Positions 8,632 through 19,045 of a stretch of DNA of 64,000 bases are shown in pieces. The stretch is from assembly GCA_965216755.1 (NCBI GenBank), contig CBDCGL010000011.1:3200001-3264000 (forward strand). Direction: 5' to 3'. Within the stretch, counting starts at the first letter, position 1. Each line of letters starts with the position of its first letter. The notes beneath the pieces were generated by a model, which saw only the letters and a list, made by a program, of their open reading frames with translations, made no database searches and was not told the origin of the DNA. Source of the DNA: Alphaproteobacteria bacterium. GTDB lineage: Bacteria > Pseudomonadota > Alphaproteobacteria > UBA7887. The position numbers and the translations under genes are program-made.

Positions 8632-10089
8632 ATGAACGAGATTGCCCCCACACCGCGGTCACGGATCGCCTTATGGCTGGATGCCACCGCGGTCTATCGT
8701 GAACCGCGCGTTATCGCCATTTTGCTGCTGGGCTTTTCCAGTGGCCTGCCGCTGCTGCTGACCGCCAGCACGCTGTCAATCTGGTTGACCGAAGTTGGTG
8801 TCGATCTGACCACGATCGGCCTGTTCGCCATTGTCGCGACGCCCTATAGCCTCAAATTCTTGTGGTCACCGATTATTGATCGGGTGCGGCTGCCGATCCT
8901 GGACCGCCTGCTGGGGCGGCGGCGCAGCTGGCTGATTACGACGCAGGTTCTTTTGATGGCGACATTGATCGCGCTCGGCGCCAGCCGGCCCGGGGTCGAT
9001 GCCGGTTGGACCGCGCTGCTCGCTTTTTTTGTGGCTTTTGCCTCCGCCAGCCAAGATATCGTTGTCGATGCGTTTCGAATTGAGTCCCTTGACGAACGGC
9101 AATTCGGCGCGGGCGCGGCCATGTATGTGTTCGGCTATCGAGTCGCGTTACTGGTGGCGGGCGCGGGCGCCCTGTATGCGGCCAGCTACACCAGTTGGCT
9201 TGTCACTTATGCTCTGATGGCAGCGATGATTTTGGTCGGCGTCGTGACGGTGCTGTTGAGCACCGAACCAGAGCGCCATATCGATCAAGCGACCGCGGAC
9301 TTGGAGGCACGCGGCCACCAGGCGCTGCGGCGCTTGACACGCCTGCCGGGTTGGCTTGCCGATGCCGGAGCTTGGTTCTATGTCGCTGTGGTGTGCCCAT
9401 TTGCCGAGTTCCTGACACGCGCCGGCCAAATGGCCGTACCGATTCTTTTGTTCATTATGCTCTACAAGTTCGGTGACACCCTGGCCGGCACCATGACCAA
9501 TCCATTCTTGGTCAAGATCGGTTTCACCAAGGAAGAGATCGCGCAGGTGGCCAAGATCTTTGGCTTCACAGCGACGTTGGCTGGGTTGGGGCTGGGTGGA
9601 TTGTTGATCAATGGACTCGGCGTACTGCGCAGCCTTTGGATCTGCGGCATATTGCAGATGTTTTCCAACCTGATGTTTGCCATACAAGCAATGGCAGGAG
9701 CGCATTTGGGTGTGCTGGCAGTGACCATTGGGGTCGAAAACCTGGCGGCGGGCATGGGCACGGCGGCCTTTGTCGCCTATATGTCGAGCCTGTGCAATGT
9801 CTCCTACACAGCAACCCAATATGCCTTGCTGACCTCATTTATGGCGGTGGCCCGCACCTGGCTGGCGTCGCCGGCTGGTTGGTTGGTCGACCATATCGAT
9901 TGGTCGGGTGGGGCGGCCGCGCTGGGCCTCGCATTGTCGGCGGAATTGGGCAGCCGGATCGACTGGTTCGGCTTCTTTCTGCTGACCACGGTGGCGGCCA
10001 TCCCCGGCTTGGTCTTGCTGTTATGGCTTTCGGTGCGTATGAGTGGTCAAACGCAGCAAGGCGCGGGCGCGGCCAACGCGGCTGAGTGA
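8632..10089 (+). CDS. ampG: AmpG family muropeptide MFS transporter
   Basis: LGFSSGLP, PYSLKFLWSPIID, GRRRSW, SASQDIVVDAFRIE, ATQYALLTS. Confidence 0.9.
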   Translation: MNEIAPTPRSRIALWLDATAVYREPRVIAILLLGFSSGLPLLLTASTLSIWLTEVGVDLTTIGLFAIVATPYSLKFLWSPIIDRVRLPILDRLLGRRRSWLITTQVLLMATLIALGASRPGVDAGWTALLAFFVAFASASQDIVVDAFRIESLDERQFGAGAAMYVFGYRVALLVAGAGALYAASYTSWLVTYALMAAMILVGVVTVLLSTEPERHIDQATADLEARGHQALRRLTRLPGWLADAGAWFYVAVVCPFAEFLTRAGQMAVPILLFIMLYKFGDTLAGTMTNPFLVKIGFTKEEIAQVAKIFGFTATLAGLGLGGLLINGLGVLRSLWICGILQMFSNLMFAIQAMAGAHLGVLAVTIGVENLAAGMGTAAFVAYMSSLCNVSYTATQYALLTSFMAVARTWLASPAGWLVDHIDWSGGAAALGLALSAELGSRIDWFGFFLLTTVAAIPGLVLLLWLSVRMSGQTQQGAGAANAAE

Positions 10090-10109
10090 GCTTTTTTGGG
10101 AGGTTTCCA

Positions 10110-11231
10110 ATGCGGGTTGGCGTACCGAAAGAAACTAAGGATCAGGAGTATCGAGTCGGTTTGGTGCCCGGCAGCGTGCGCGAACTGGTCCACAATGGCC
10201 ACCACGTCATGGTCGAGACCAATGCCGGGCATGCCATCGGACTTGACGACCATGACTATGTCGCCGCCGGTGCGGAGATCGTCACCACCGCGGCCGCGGT
10301 TTTTGAGCGCGCCGAACTGATCGTCAAAGTCAAGGAGCCGCAGGCGCAAGAAATTGACATGCTGCGCAGGGGCCAGGTCCTGTTCACCTATTTGCATTTG
10401 GCCGCCGATAGAAACCTGACCGACGGCCTGTTGGCCAGCGGCGTCACCGGCGTTGCCTATGAAACCGTCACCGACGATCGCGGTCGACTGCCGTTGTTGG
10501 CGCCGATGAGCGAGGTGGCTGGGCGGATGTCGATACAGGCCGGCGCCCATTGCCTGGAAATCGCCCAAGGCGGCCGCGGCCTGTTGCTGGGCGGCGTGCC
10601 CGGCGTTGCCGCGGCGCGGGTTGTGGTGCTGGGCGGCGGCTTCGTCGGCACCAACGCGGCGCGCATGGCGATGGGCATGGAAGCGCATGTCACCGTTATC
10701 GATAAGTCATTGGAGCGGCTGCAGGCGCTGGACTTTCAGTTCGGACCGATGCTGAACACGATTTATTCAACTGTCGACAATATCGAGCAACATGTCAGCC
10801 AAGCCGACCTGGTCATCGGCGCGGTGTTGATCCCAGGCGCGGGCGCACCGAAATTGATCACGCGCGAAATGGTCGCGGGCATGCGCCGCGGCTCGGTGAT
10901 CGTCGATGTCGCGATTGACCAAGGCGGCTGTTCGGAAACCAGCCGACCTACCAGTCACACGGATCCCATCTACACCGTCGACGAGGTGGTGCATTATTGC
11001 GTCACCAACATGCCCGGCGCGGTCAGCCGCACATCAACCTTTGCCCTGAACAACGCGACATTGCCGTTCGTTTTGCGCTTGGCCAACGACGGGTGGCGCG
11101 ATGCGTTGGCCGCAGACAACAATTTCCGCAATGGGCTGAATTTGCATGCGGGGCGGGTCACCCATCCCGCGGTCGCCGAAGAATTCAACCTTGAATGCGC
11201 GGCATGGGACGACTTGGTCGCCCTTGATTGA
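10110..11231 (+). CDS. ald: Alanine dehydrogenase
   Basis: MRVGVPKE..EYRVG, KVKEP, FTYLHLA, PMSEVAGR, DVAIDQGG, NMPGAV; GGGAGG RBS. Confidence 0.95.
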   Translation: MRVGVPKETKDQEYRVGLVPGSVRELVHNGHHVMVETNAGHAIGLDDHDYVAAGAEIVTTAAAVFERAELIVKVKEPQAQEIDMLRRGQVLFTYLHLAADRNLTDGLLASGVTGVAYETVTDDRGRLPLLAPMSEVAGRMSIQAGAHCLEIAQGGRGLLLGGVPGVAAARVVVLGGGFVGTNAARMAMGMEAHVTVIDKSLERLQALDFQFGPMLNTIYSTVDNIEQHVSQADLVIGAVLIPGAGAPKLITREMVAGMRRGSVIVDVAIDQGGCSETSRPTSHTDPIYTVDEVVHYCVTNMPGAVSRTSTFALNNATLPFVLRLANDGWRDALAADNNFRNGLNLHAGRVTHPAVAEEFNLECAAWDDLVALD

Positions 11232-11265
11232 GAACAGCGTCTGGCTCGGCGTCACCGGACGCCGT

Positions 11266-11964
11266 CTAATGGGCGCTGTCGGCCTCCAAGGCGTAGCCCG
11301 CGGCGCGGACCGTGCGGATCAGATCGGCTTCACCGGGCGCGTTCAGAACCTTGCGCAACCGACGAATATGCACATCGACCGTGCGCGGCTCCACACACAC
11401 GTCGGCACCCCACACGGAGTCTAACAAGCGTTCGCGCGAAAAGACCCGGCGTGGGTTCTCCATCAGATGGCGCAGAAGGCGGAATTCCGTTGGCCCCAAA
11501 CGGAGCGGCCGGCCGGCGCGTTTGACACGATAGGTGTCAAGTTCCATTTCGACGTCGGCATAGGTGAGTTTGTCTTCCGACAACGCGGGACGACTGCGCC
11601 GCAACACTGCGCGCACCCGCGCCAGCAATTCTTCCTGGGAAAACGGCTTGGTCATATAGTCGTCGGCGCCACTCTCGAATCCGCGAATCCGATCGGTTTC
11701 TTCGCCGCGCGCGGTCAACATGATGATCGGCAGCGCCTTTGTCTCGCGCCGCCGGCGCAGCATGCGACATACTTCCAGGCCGGAGATCGACGGCAACATC
11801 CAATCCAAAATCACCAGATCAGGTGTTTCTTCGTCGATCATTATCAGGGCTTGATCGCCGTCGTCGGCATGACGAACACGAAATCCATGGTGCTCCAAAT
11901 TGTAGCGCAGAAGTTCGGAAATTCCTGGTTCGTCTTCGACAAGTAAGATCGATGGCTTCATCAT
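11266..11964 (-). CDS. phoB: Phosphate regulon response regulator
   Basis: Receiver domain (VEDE, LDWMLP, KPF) plus OmpR wHTH (GPTEFRLL, RTVDVHIRRLR); follows phoU. Confidence 0.93.
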   Translation of the reverse strand: MMKPSILLVEDEPGISELLRYNLEHHGFRVRHADDGDQALIMIDEETPDLVILDWMLPSISGLEVCRMLRRRRETKALPIIMLTARGEETDRIRGFESGADDYMTKPFSQEELLARVRAVLRRSRPALSEDKLTYADVEMELDTYRVKRAGRPLRLGPTEFRLLRHLMENPRRVFSRERLLDSVWGADVCVEPRTVDVHIRRLRKVLNAPGEADLIRTVRAAGYALEADSAH

Positions 11965-12028
11965 TGTTGGTTCCGTTTCGCGTGGTCCGGTCGCGACGCA
12001 CCGCCAATCGCGGGCGTCCCTGCGCACA

Positions 12029-12772
12029 TTATTCCTCGTCCGGCGCCTTTTCGGGCACGCCTGATAACATGGCTTCGCCGAGCATCGAGGTAAAATCCGC
12101 CTTACGCCGCTCACCCATCACACGGCTACCGGTCAGCATGTAGTTAATCGTTTCCGCCATGTTGGTGGCGTGATCGGCGATCCGTTCCAAATTCTTGGCA
12201 ACAAACATCAGATGCGTGCACGCCGTGATGTTGCGCGGATCCTCAAACATATAGGTGAGCAACTGTCGAAAAAGACCGTTGTAGATCTGATCAACTTCCT
12301 CATCCTTGTTCCACACCGCCAATGCCTTGTCCAAATCGCGCTCGACATAGGCATCGAGGACGTCTTTGACCATACGCTGCACGGCGTCGGCCATCCGCGG
12401 GATCAGCCAAATCGTCGAGAACTCACGGGTCTGCGACAACGCGATCGATCGCTTGGCGATATTCGCCGCCAGATCGCCCATCCGCTCCAAGTCCGCAGCC
12501 AGCCGCAAAGCGCCGACAATCGAACGAAGGTCCACCGCCATCGGCTGGCGCAGCGCCAACAACGTGGTGGCCTGCCGCTCAACATCCAATTCTAACTCGT
12601 CGATGGCCCGGTCATTGCCGACAATCCGTTCGGCCTGCATGCTGTCGCGCTTGACAACATTGCTGACCGCCGCCGCAACTTGGTTTTCGACCAGCCCACC
12701 AATTTGTAGTATCGTATTGGTTAGTGTTGATAATTCATCGTCATAAGCGCGGACGGTATGTTCACTGGCCAT
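12029..12772 (-). CDS. phoU: Phosphate signalling protein PhoU
   Basis: RQPMAVDLR, DLERMGDLA, KNLERIADHATN. Confidence 0.95.
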   Translation of the reverse strand: MASEHTVRAYDDELSTLTNTILQIGGLVENQVAAAVSNVVKRDSMQAERIVGNDRAIDELELDVERQATTLLALRQPMAVDLRSIVGALRLAADLERMGDLAANIAKRSIALSQTREFSTIWLIPRMADAVQRMVKDVLDAYVERDLDKALAVWNKDEEVDQIYNGLFRQLLTYMFEDPRNITACTHLMFVAKNLERIADHATNMAETINYMLTGSRVMGERRKADFTSMLGEAMLSGVPEKAPDEE

Positions 12773-12801
12773 GATATTCTATCCGTATTGACAGGTTCGA
12801 C

Positions 12802-13641
12802 CTAGCCAAAGCGCCCGGTGATATAGTCCTGCGTGCGCGAATCCGTTGGATTGGTAAATATGCCCTCGGTATTCGCGAATTCAACCAGTTCGCCCAAATG
12901 GAAAAACGCGGTTCTCTGCGACACCCGCGCGGCTTGCTGCATATTGTGCGTGACGATGACGATACTGTACTGAGTTTTCAATTCATCGATCAGTTCTTCG
13001 ATATGGGCCGTCGCTATGGGATCCAGAGCCGAACAGGGTTCATCCATCAAAATCATTTCCGGATTGATGGCAATGGCGCGGGCAATGCAAAGCCTTTGTT
13101 GTTGACCGCCAGAAATTCCGGTGCCGGGCTGATCGAGCCGGTCGTTGACTTCTTTCCACAGGCCGGCGCGCCGCAAGCTGCTTTCGACGATTTCGTCCAA
13201 ACGCTCCCGATTGCGCGCAAGCCCGTGAATCCGGGGACCGTAGGCGACATTCTCATAAATCGATTTCGGAAACGGATTGGGCTTCTGAAACACCATGCCG
13301 ACCTTGGTCCGAAGCTGCACCACGTCAATGCGTTTGTCATAGATGTCGTAACCGTCCAAGGTGATCTTGCCGGTCACGCGGCAGCCATCGATGGTGTCGT
13401 TCATGCGGTTAAGGCATCTCAAAAAAGTCGATTTGCCGCAACCGGACGGGCCGATAAAGGCGGTGACCTCCTTGTCGCGTATGTCGAGGTCAACATCGAT
13501 GATGGCGCGCTTCTCGCCATAGTAGACGTTGACCTTGCGCGACGTTGATTTGATCGGCGCCGCAGCGCTGTCCTGGGACGGTGGCGCAGTCTCGGTCATC
13601 GACCCGAAGTCCTCCGCTTGATGGGCTTGATACAGCTGCAT
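12802..13641 (-). CDS. pstB: Phosphate ABC transporter ATPase
   Basis: [39 protein letters not shown]; start is 13641 or 13599. Confidence 0.95.
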   Translation of the reverse strand: MQLYQAHQAEDFGSMTETAPPSQDSAAAPIKSTSRKVNVYYGEKRAIIDVDLDIRDKEVTAFIGPSGCGKSTFLRCLNRMNDTIDGCRVTGKITLDGYDIYDKRIDVVQLRTKVGMVFQKPNPFPKSIYENVAYGPRIHGLARNRERLDEIVESSLRRAGLWKEVNDRLDQPGTGISGGQQQRLCIARAIAINPEMILMDEPCSALDPIATAHIEELIDELKTQYSIVIVTHNMQQAARVSQRTAFFHLGELVEFANTEGIFTNPTDSRTQDYITGRFG

Positions 13642-13643
13642 TG

Positions 13644-14951
13644 TTACCACCGACGTTCAAACTTGTTGCGCAAATAGACGGCGGCCGCGTTCATGATGAC
13701 CAAAAAAGCCATCAAAACCATGATCGCGGCCGACGATTTCTCGATAAAACCACGCTCCGGGCTATCCGACCACAAGTAGATCTGCACCGGCAAGACAGTC
13801 GCCGGGTCAAGCGGGCCGCCCGGCACGTCGACGATAAAAGCAACCATGCCGATCATCAGCAACGGCGCCGTTTCACCAAGCGCCCCGGCCAAGCCAATGA
13901 TCGTGCCGGTCAAAATGCCGGGCATCGCCAACGGCAAAACGTGATGGGTGACCACTTGCATGCGCGAAGCGCCAACACCCAAAGCGGCGTCACGAATCGA
14001 CGGCGGCACAGACTTCAGCGCGGCGCGCCCTGCGATGATCACGGTCGGCATGGTCATCAGCGCCAAGACCATGCCGCCGACCAGCGGGGCTGAACGGGGC
14101 AGGCCAAACACATTGAGAAAGACCGCCAGCCCCAGCAAGCCGAACACGATCGACGGCACGGCCGCCAGATTGTTGATGTTGACCTCGATCAACCGGGTAA
14201 GGCGATTGCGCGGTGCGAATTCCTCCAAATACAACGCGGCCATAACCGCCACCGGCACCGCGAACAGCAGACACACCAGCATGGTCCAGAACGAGCCGAC
14301 CATGGCCCCCAAGACGCCGGCCAGTTCGGGCTCACGCGAGTCGCCATTTGAGAACAGCCGGGTATTGAACACCGTGCGAATGCGGTCGTCGCCGTCCAGC
14401 ACATCGAACCACCCGATCTGTTGGTCCGAGACCCGGCGGTCGGACTCGGGCACATCGCGCGCGATCGCGCCTTTGGAAAACATGTCGATATCGCTGGAGG
14501 CGGCGATCCAAATCGGCTGGGTGGTGCCGATGAGGGATATATCGTCGAGAACAACTTGCCGCACATTTAAGTCGGCGCCAAAGCTCACCAGTTTGACGAG
14601 CGCGCGTTTGCCGCGCCGATCCGTCACGTCGGGAAACGCGGCATACATGGCTTTCTTGACCAGGCCGGCGAAATCTGCCCGGCGGATCTGATCGACATCG
14701 CCCGCCCCGGTTGGGTCGATCACCTCGGCATCCAGATAGATGTCGAGCAAAACTTCGGTCGAACGAAACGCGCCGTAGCCCTTGCCGACAATGGTGATCA
14801 CCAAAACCGCCAGCGCCAGGACCGCCGTCGACACCGCGATCACGCCGTACATCTTAAAACGCCGCTCGGCCGCGTAGCGCTTGCGGATTCCGGCCGGGGC
14901 AAACTTGTCGCCGGCCAGCGAGATGCGGCTGGGCTCAGCCAACTCAGTCAT
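13644..14951 (-). CDS. pstA: Phosphate ABC transporter permease PstA
   Basis: [27 protein letters not shown]; start overlaps the pstC stop. Confidence 0.93.
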   Translation of the reverse strand: MTELAEPSRISLAGDKFAPAGIRKRYAAERRFKMYGVIAVSTAVLALAVLVITIVGKGYGAFRSTEVLLDIYLDAEVIDPTGAGDVDQIRRADFAGLVKKAMYAAFPDVTDRRGKRALVKLVSFGADLNVRQVVLDDISLIGTTQPIWIAASSDIDMFSKGAIARDVPESDRRVSDQQIGWFDVLDGDDRIRTVFNTRLFSNGDSREPELAGVLGAMVGSFWTMLVCLLFAVPVAVMAALYLEEFAPRNRLTRLIEVNINNLAAVPSIVFGLLGLAVFLNVFGLPRSAPLVGGMVLALMTMPTVIIAGRAALKSVPPSIRDAALGVGASRMQVVTHHVLPLAMPGILTGTIIGLAGALGETAPLLMIGMVAFIVDVPGGPLDPATVLPVQIYLWSDSPERGFIEKSSAAIMVLMAFLVIMNAAAVYLRNKFERRW

Positions 14952-16326
14952 ATTTCTCTCGATATTTGTCGACCACACGCAAGGCGATGACATTGAGGCA
15001 CAGCGTGATCAAAAACAGCATCAGCCCAAGCGCGAACGCGGCCAAGGTCTTGGCGCTGTCAAATTCCTGGTCGCCAACCAATAGCGTGACAATCTGCACC
15101 GTAACCGTGGTGACGGCTTCGAACGGATTGGCGGTCAGGTTGGCCGCCAGACCAGCCGCCATGACCACGATCATGGTCTCGCCGATCGCACGTGAAACCG
15201 CCAGCAAGACTGACCCGACAATGCCCGGCAGGGCCGCCGGCAAGACGACCCGCTTGATGGTTTCTGATTTTGTTGCCCCCATGGCATAGGACCCATCGCG
15301 CAGCGTTTGCGGCACGGCATTGATCACGTCATCCGATAGAGACGACACGAAGGGAATGATCATGATCCCCATAACCAAGCCCGCCGCCAACGCACTTTCG
15401 GACGCGACGCTGAGACCAACCGATTCCCCGAAATTGCGGATCATGGGGGCAACCGTGATCGCGGCAAAAAAGCCGTAAACGACGGTCGGCACGCCCGCCA
15501 ATATTTCAAGCGCCGGTTTAACCGCGCTGCGCACGGCAACGGGCGCATAGTCGGACAAATAAACTGCTGACATCAGGCCGACGGGCACCGCCACTAACAT
15601 GGCAAGCAGCGTGATCAGCATGGTGCCAGCAAAAAGCGGCACGGCGCCAAAAACGCCGGTGGACCCGACCTGATCGGCGCGCAAGGCTGTTTGCGGACTC
15701 CATTCAATGCCGAACAGAAAATCCATAAGCGGCACTTTGCCGAAGAACCGGATCGATTCGAACAAAAGCGACAAAACTATGCCAACCGTGGTCAAAATGG
15801 CGATCAACGAACAAACGATCAGCGCGATCATGACAACGCGTTCAACCACATTTCGCGCCCTGAGTTGGGGCACCACCATACGTTGACCAATTGTCAGCCC
15901 GGCAACTGCCAAGGCCAAGGCCACTCCTACGAGCGCCCAATCGCCGGTGCTGTTGATCTGTCGGTATCGTTCGGCGGCCGCCGCGATGTCTGGGTCGCCC
16001 TGGTCGCGCACCACATCGCCCGCCGCCATGTTCTTGATGTCGTTCAGGACCAAGCCACGTTCTTGCAACGGCAGCGCCTGCATCTCCTTCGGCAGGCTCG
16101 AGATGATCAGAGAATTAGCGACAATCGGCTGGATGATCAGCCAGCCGGCGAACAATATAAAGGCAGGAACGCCACACCAAATGGCAACATACGAGCCATA
16201 GTAGCTCGGCAATGAATGCAAATGTTGGATGTCACCAGAGACCGCGGCCACGGATCGCGCACGCCCCAGATAGTAGCCGCCAAGCGCAAGAACCAACAGG
16301 ACGATTGCCAGTATCGGTAACGACAT
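14944..16326 (-). CDS. pstC: Phosphate ABC transporter permease PstC
   Basis: LEILAGVPTVVYG, SRAIGETM, DQEFDSAKT. Confidence 0.93.
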   Translation of the reverse strand: MSLPILAIVLLVLALGGYYLGRARSVAAVSGDIQHLHSLPSYYGSYVAIWCGVPAFILFAGWLIIQPIVANSLIISSLPKEMQALPLQERGLVLNDIKNMAAGDVVRDQGDPDIAAAAERYRQINSTGDWALVGVALALAVAGLTIGQRMVVPQLRARNVVERVVMIALIVCSLIAILTTVGIVLSLLFESIRFFGKVPLMDFLFGIEWSPQTALRADQVGSTGVFGAVPLFAGTMLITLLAMLVAVPVGLMSAVYLSDYAPVAVRSAVKPALEILAGVPTVVYGFFAAITVAPMIRNFGESVGLSVASESALAAGLVMGIMIIPFVSSLSDDVINAVPQTLRDGSYAMGATKSETIKRVVLPAALPGIVGSVLLAVSRAIGETMIVVMAAGLAANLTANPFEAVTTVTVQIVTLLVGDQEFDSAKTLAAFALGLMLFLITLCLNVIALRVVDKYREKYD

Positions 16327-16372
16327 TATGGGCGATCCTCGTTGCGCGTACCCGGCGCGGCGCAGTTGGGGT

Positions 16373-16400
16373 GGCGGGCCCGCCTTGACTGGGACCCGCC
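16373..16400 (-). terminator. GC-rich hairpin between pstS and pstC (mRNA-stabilising or partial terminator)
   Basis: GGCGGG-CCC..GGG-A-CCCGCC just after the pstS stop; no U tract. Confidence 0.4.
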
Positions 16401-16409
16401 GGTTCCGGG

Positions 16410-17444
16410 CTACATGGTCAACGGCGTCATGCTGTTGGCCGATTGGTTGAACGAATCGCGCTCTTCGTCCGGCATGGGAATCAGGCCCTTGTCAGCCAGA
16501 TAACCGTCCGGACCCCAAGCTTTGTCGCTGGTGAATTCGGCCACATAGTCGGCGATCCCGGGGATCACGCCGACATGGGCGTTCTTGACGTAGAAGTACA
16601 GCGAGCGGGAAATCGGATATTCGCCGTCGGCGATGGCTTCGAACGTGGGCTCGACACCGCCGACCAAACTACCTTGCACGCTATCCAAATTCTGATCCAA
16701 AAAACTGTAGCCGAACACGCCATAGGCGTCCGGATTGGCAACCAGTTTTTGCACGATCAAAACGTCGTTCTCGCCGGCTTCGACATAGGCGCCATCCTCG
16801 CGGACGCCGTGGCAGATCGCCTTGTAACGTTGTTTGTCTTCTTTCTTCAGTGCCTTGATGGCCTCGAAGGTCTTGCAGCCGCCCTCCATGGCCAGCTCAG
16901 CGAACGCATCCCGCGTGCCGGAGGTCGGCGGTGGACCGAGCACTTCGATCTTCTTGTCCGGCAGGGTCGGATCGATGTCACGCCATTTTTGATACGGATT
17001 ATCGATCAGCGTTGCGCCGCTCTCGTCGCCAGGCACGGTCTTGGCCAAAGCCAACCATAGCAGGCGCAGAGTCAATTCGGCTCTGGGTGCGTTCTTCGAA
17101 TTGGCGACGACGATGCCGTCATAACCAATCTTAACTTCCGTGATCTCGGTGACCCCGTTATTGCCACAATTCTCGACTTCGGACGTCTTGATGCGGCGCG
17201 AAGCATTGGTGATATCGGGGTGCTCGGCGCCAAGCCCGGCGCAGAACAATTTCAATCCACCACCGGAGCCGGTGCTTTCTACGACCGGCGTCTTGAAGTC
17301 CGTGGTTTTGCCGAATTGTTCCGAGACAGCCGTGGCAAACGGAAACACGGTCGACGAGCCGACGACGCGGATTTGATCGCGGGCTTGCGCCGCCGTGACG
17401 GCCATGACGGAGACGACGCCGGCGAAGATGGTAGTCCTGATCAT
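16410..17444 (-). CDS. pstS: Phosphate ABC transporter substrate-binding protein
   Basis: Signal peptide, VGSSTVFPF, STGSGGG, SGTRDAF, YPISRSL; AGGAG RBS. Confidence 0.93.
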   Translation of the reverse strand: MIRTTIFAGVVSVMAVTAAQARDQIRVVGSSTVFPFATAVSEQFGKTTDFKTPVVESTGSGGGLKLFCAGLGAEHPDITNASRRIKTSEVENCGNNGVTEITEVKIGYDGIVVANSKNAPRAELTLRLLWLALAKTVPGDESGATLIDNPYQKWRDIDPTLPDKKIEVLGPPPTSGTRDAFAELAMEGGCKTFEAIKALKKEDKQRYKAICHGVREDGAYVEAGENDVLIVQKLVANPDAYGVFGYSFLDQNLDSVQGSLVGGVEPTFEAIADGEYPISRSLYFYVKNAHVGVIPGIADYVAEFTSDKAWGPDGYLADKGLIPMPDEERDSFNQSANSMTPLTM

Positions 17445-17566
17445 CGAACGGTTGCTCCTATTTTCAGCCAAAGGAAGTAGGGAACGGATGGCGCGATGCG
17501 GTGCCCCGGCTTGGTCTGGGACGCGACACGCGTGGCGAATTCATAGGCGCGTTAGGCGGAGATAGT

Positions 17567-17595
17567 GTGACGTTTATGTTACGGTTTTGTGACAG
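17567..17595 (-). promoter_or_regulatory. Pho box (three 11-bp units) for pstSCAB-phoUB
   Basis: Minus strand CTGTCAC-AAAA-CCGTAAC-ATAA-ACGTCAC matches the CTGTCAT-N4 repeat; overlaps the phoR stop. Confidence 0.8.
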
Positions 17596-19006
17596 GCGCC
17601 AACATCGTGGGATCCGGCACCGGCCGCAACAGAACGGTAAATGTGCTGCCCACGCCGACCTCGCTTTCGATCTCCAAACGCCCACGGTGGCGATTGACGA
17701 TATGTTTGACAATCGCAAGACCTAATCCGGTGCCACCCATAGCGCGCGAGCGCGCTGTATCGACGCGATAGAACCGTTCGGTCAAACGGGGCAGGTGATC
17801 GGCCGGAATACCGGGGCCCCGATCGGCGATCGAAACGCTGACGGCGGGATTGCGCCCATCGCCGTCGGCAACATCGAAGGCTGCGTCTTGATGGCGCGCG
17901 CGAATCGTTACGACCTTGCCGTCACCACCATATTTGATGGCGTTGTCGACCAGGTTCTGAAAGACTTGACCCAATTCATCGCTATCGCCGATCACCTCGG
18001 GTAGATTGCTTGGCGCATCCAAGTCGAGCGTCACATCAAGGCTGGTGGCCTTCCATTCGAGCAAGCGGCAGGTTTGCCCAAGCAACGCGCTCAGCGAAAC
18101 TGAATCGGTGGGTATTTCATGCTCACTCAATTCAATGCGCGACAAAGACAGCAGGTCTTCGACCAGCCGTGCAATGCGGGCGGCGTGATCGTCCATGAGT
18201 TTGAGAAAGCGTTCGCGGGCGGCCGCATCGTCACGGGCCGGTCCACGCAGGGTTTCGATGACTCCGATCAATGTCGTAAGCGGTGTGCGAATTTCGTGGC
18301 TGGCATTGGCGACAAAATCGGCGCGCAATTGCTCGGAGCGTCGGATCGCGGTGATGTCGTGGAGCGCAATCAGCAAAATACTGCCGTCGGGCGCTTCCGT
18401 GGATAACGCCTGGATGTGCGCCATCACGTGCCGGCGGGTGGCATCGGAGACGATGAATTCCACATCCTGCTGTGGGCCGCCGGCAAGCACGACGTCAGTC
18501 GCCTCCAGCAGCTCCGGCTCGCGTAACCAAGTTGCCAAGTCACCACCGGCGGTCGCACGCCCCAACAAGGTCTCCGCCGCGCGATTGGCGCGCACGATCG
18601 CGCGATCCTTGTTGAGCAACAGAAGCGCGTCCGGCCACGCATTGAGAATCGCATCGTTGGCGGCCAACAGCGCGCGCAGTTGATCGGTGTGGTGGCGCCA
18701 GGCGCGGTCCATGCGGCGCACCGCGGTCGAGACCTCGCGCGCCAGCGGCACCTGGCCAAAGCGCGGCGGCCGTTCGAGGCGACCACTTGTCAAGCTATCG
18801 ACATAACCACCGAGCCCATCAAGACCGGCGAACAGCGGCCAAAGGAACAACGCGGCGCCGCCGAGAGTCACGGCCCAACCAATCACGGCTGTCGCCCAAT
18901 GCAACCAACCGCCCAAAGCCAGCACGATAAAGACGATGGTGCCCGGTAGCCCGACCACGGCCAGTGTCCGCACCAAGCGTCGGGCCGCGGCCTGGCGCGG
19001 TGGCAT
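17579..19006 (-). CDS. phoR: Sensor histidine kinase PhoR
   Basis: TM segments, PAS, FVANASHEIRTPL H-box, NLVDNAIKY, ERFYRVD, GGTGLGLAIVKH. Confidence 0.92.
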   Translation of the reverse strand: MPPRQAAARRLVRTLAVVGLPGTIVFIVLALGGWLHWATAVIGWAVTLGGAALFLWPLFAGLDGLGGYVDSLTSGRLERPPRFGQVPLAREVSTAVRRMDRAWRHHTDQLRALLAANDAILNAWPDALLLLNKDRAIVRANRAAETLLGRATAGGDLATWLREPELLEATDVVLAGGPQQDVEFIVSDATRRHVMAHIQALSTEAPDGSILLIALHDITAIRRSEQLRADFVANASHEIRTPLTTLIGVIETLRGPARDDAAARERFLKLMDDHAARIARLVEDLLSLSRIELSEHEIPTDSVSLSALLGQTCRLLEWKATSLDVTLDLDAPSNLPEVIGDSDELGQVFQNLVDNAIKYGGDGKVVTIRARHQDAAFDVADGDGRNPAVSVSIADRGPGIPADHLPRLTERFYRVDTARSRAMGGTGLGLAIVKHIVNRHRGRLEIESEVGVGSTFTVLLRPVPDPTMLAPVTKP

Positions 19007-19045
19007 CAGCCTTCCCTCACGCGGCGGACGTCCGCCAGCGCGCGG

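Noticed and set aside
15184-15199. parS-like sites (also half-sites near 25491 and 56206)
   Set aside because: Five or more mismatches, or half-sites only, all inside CDSs.
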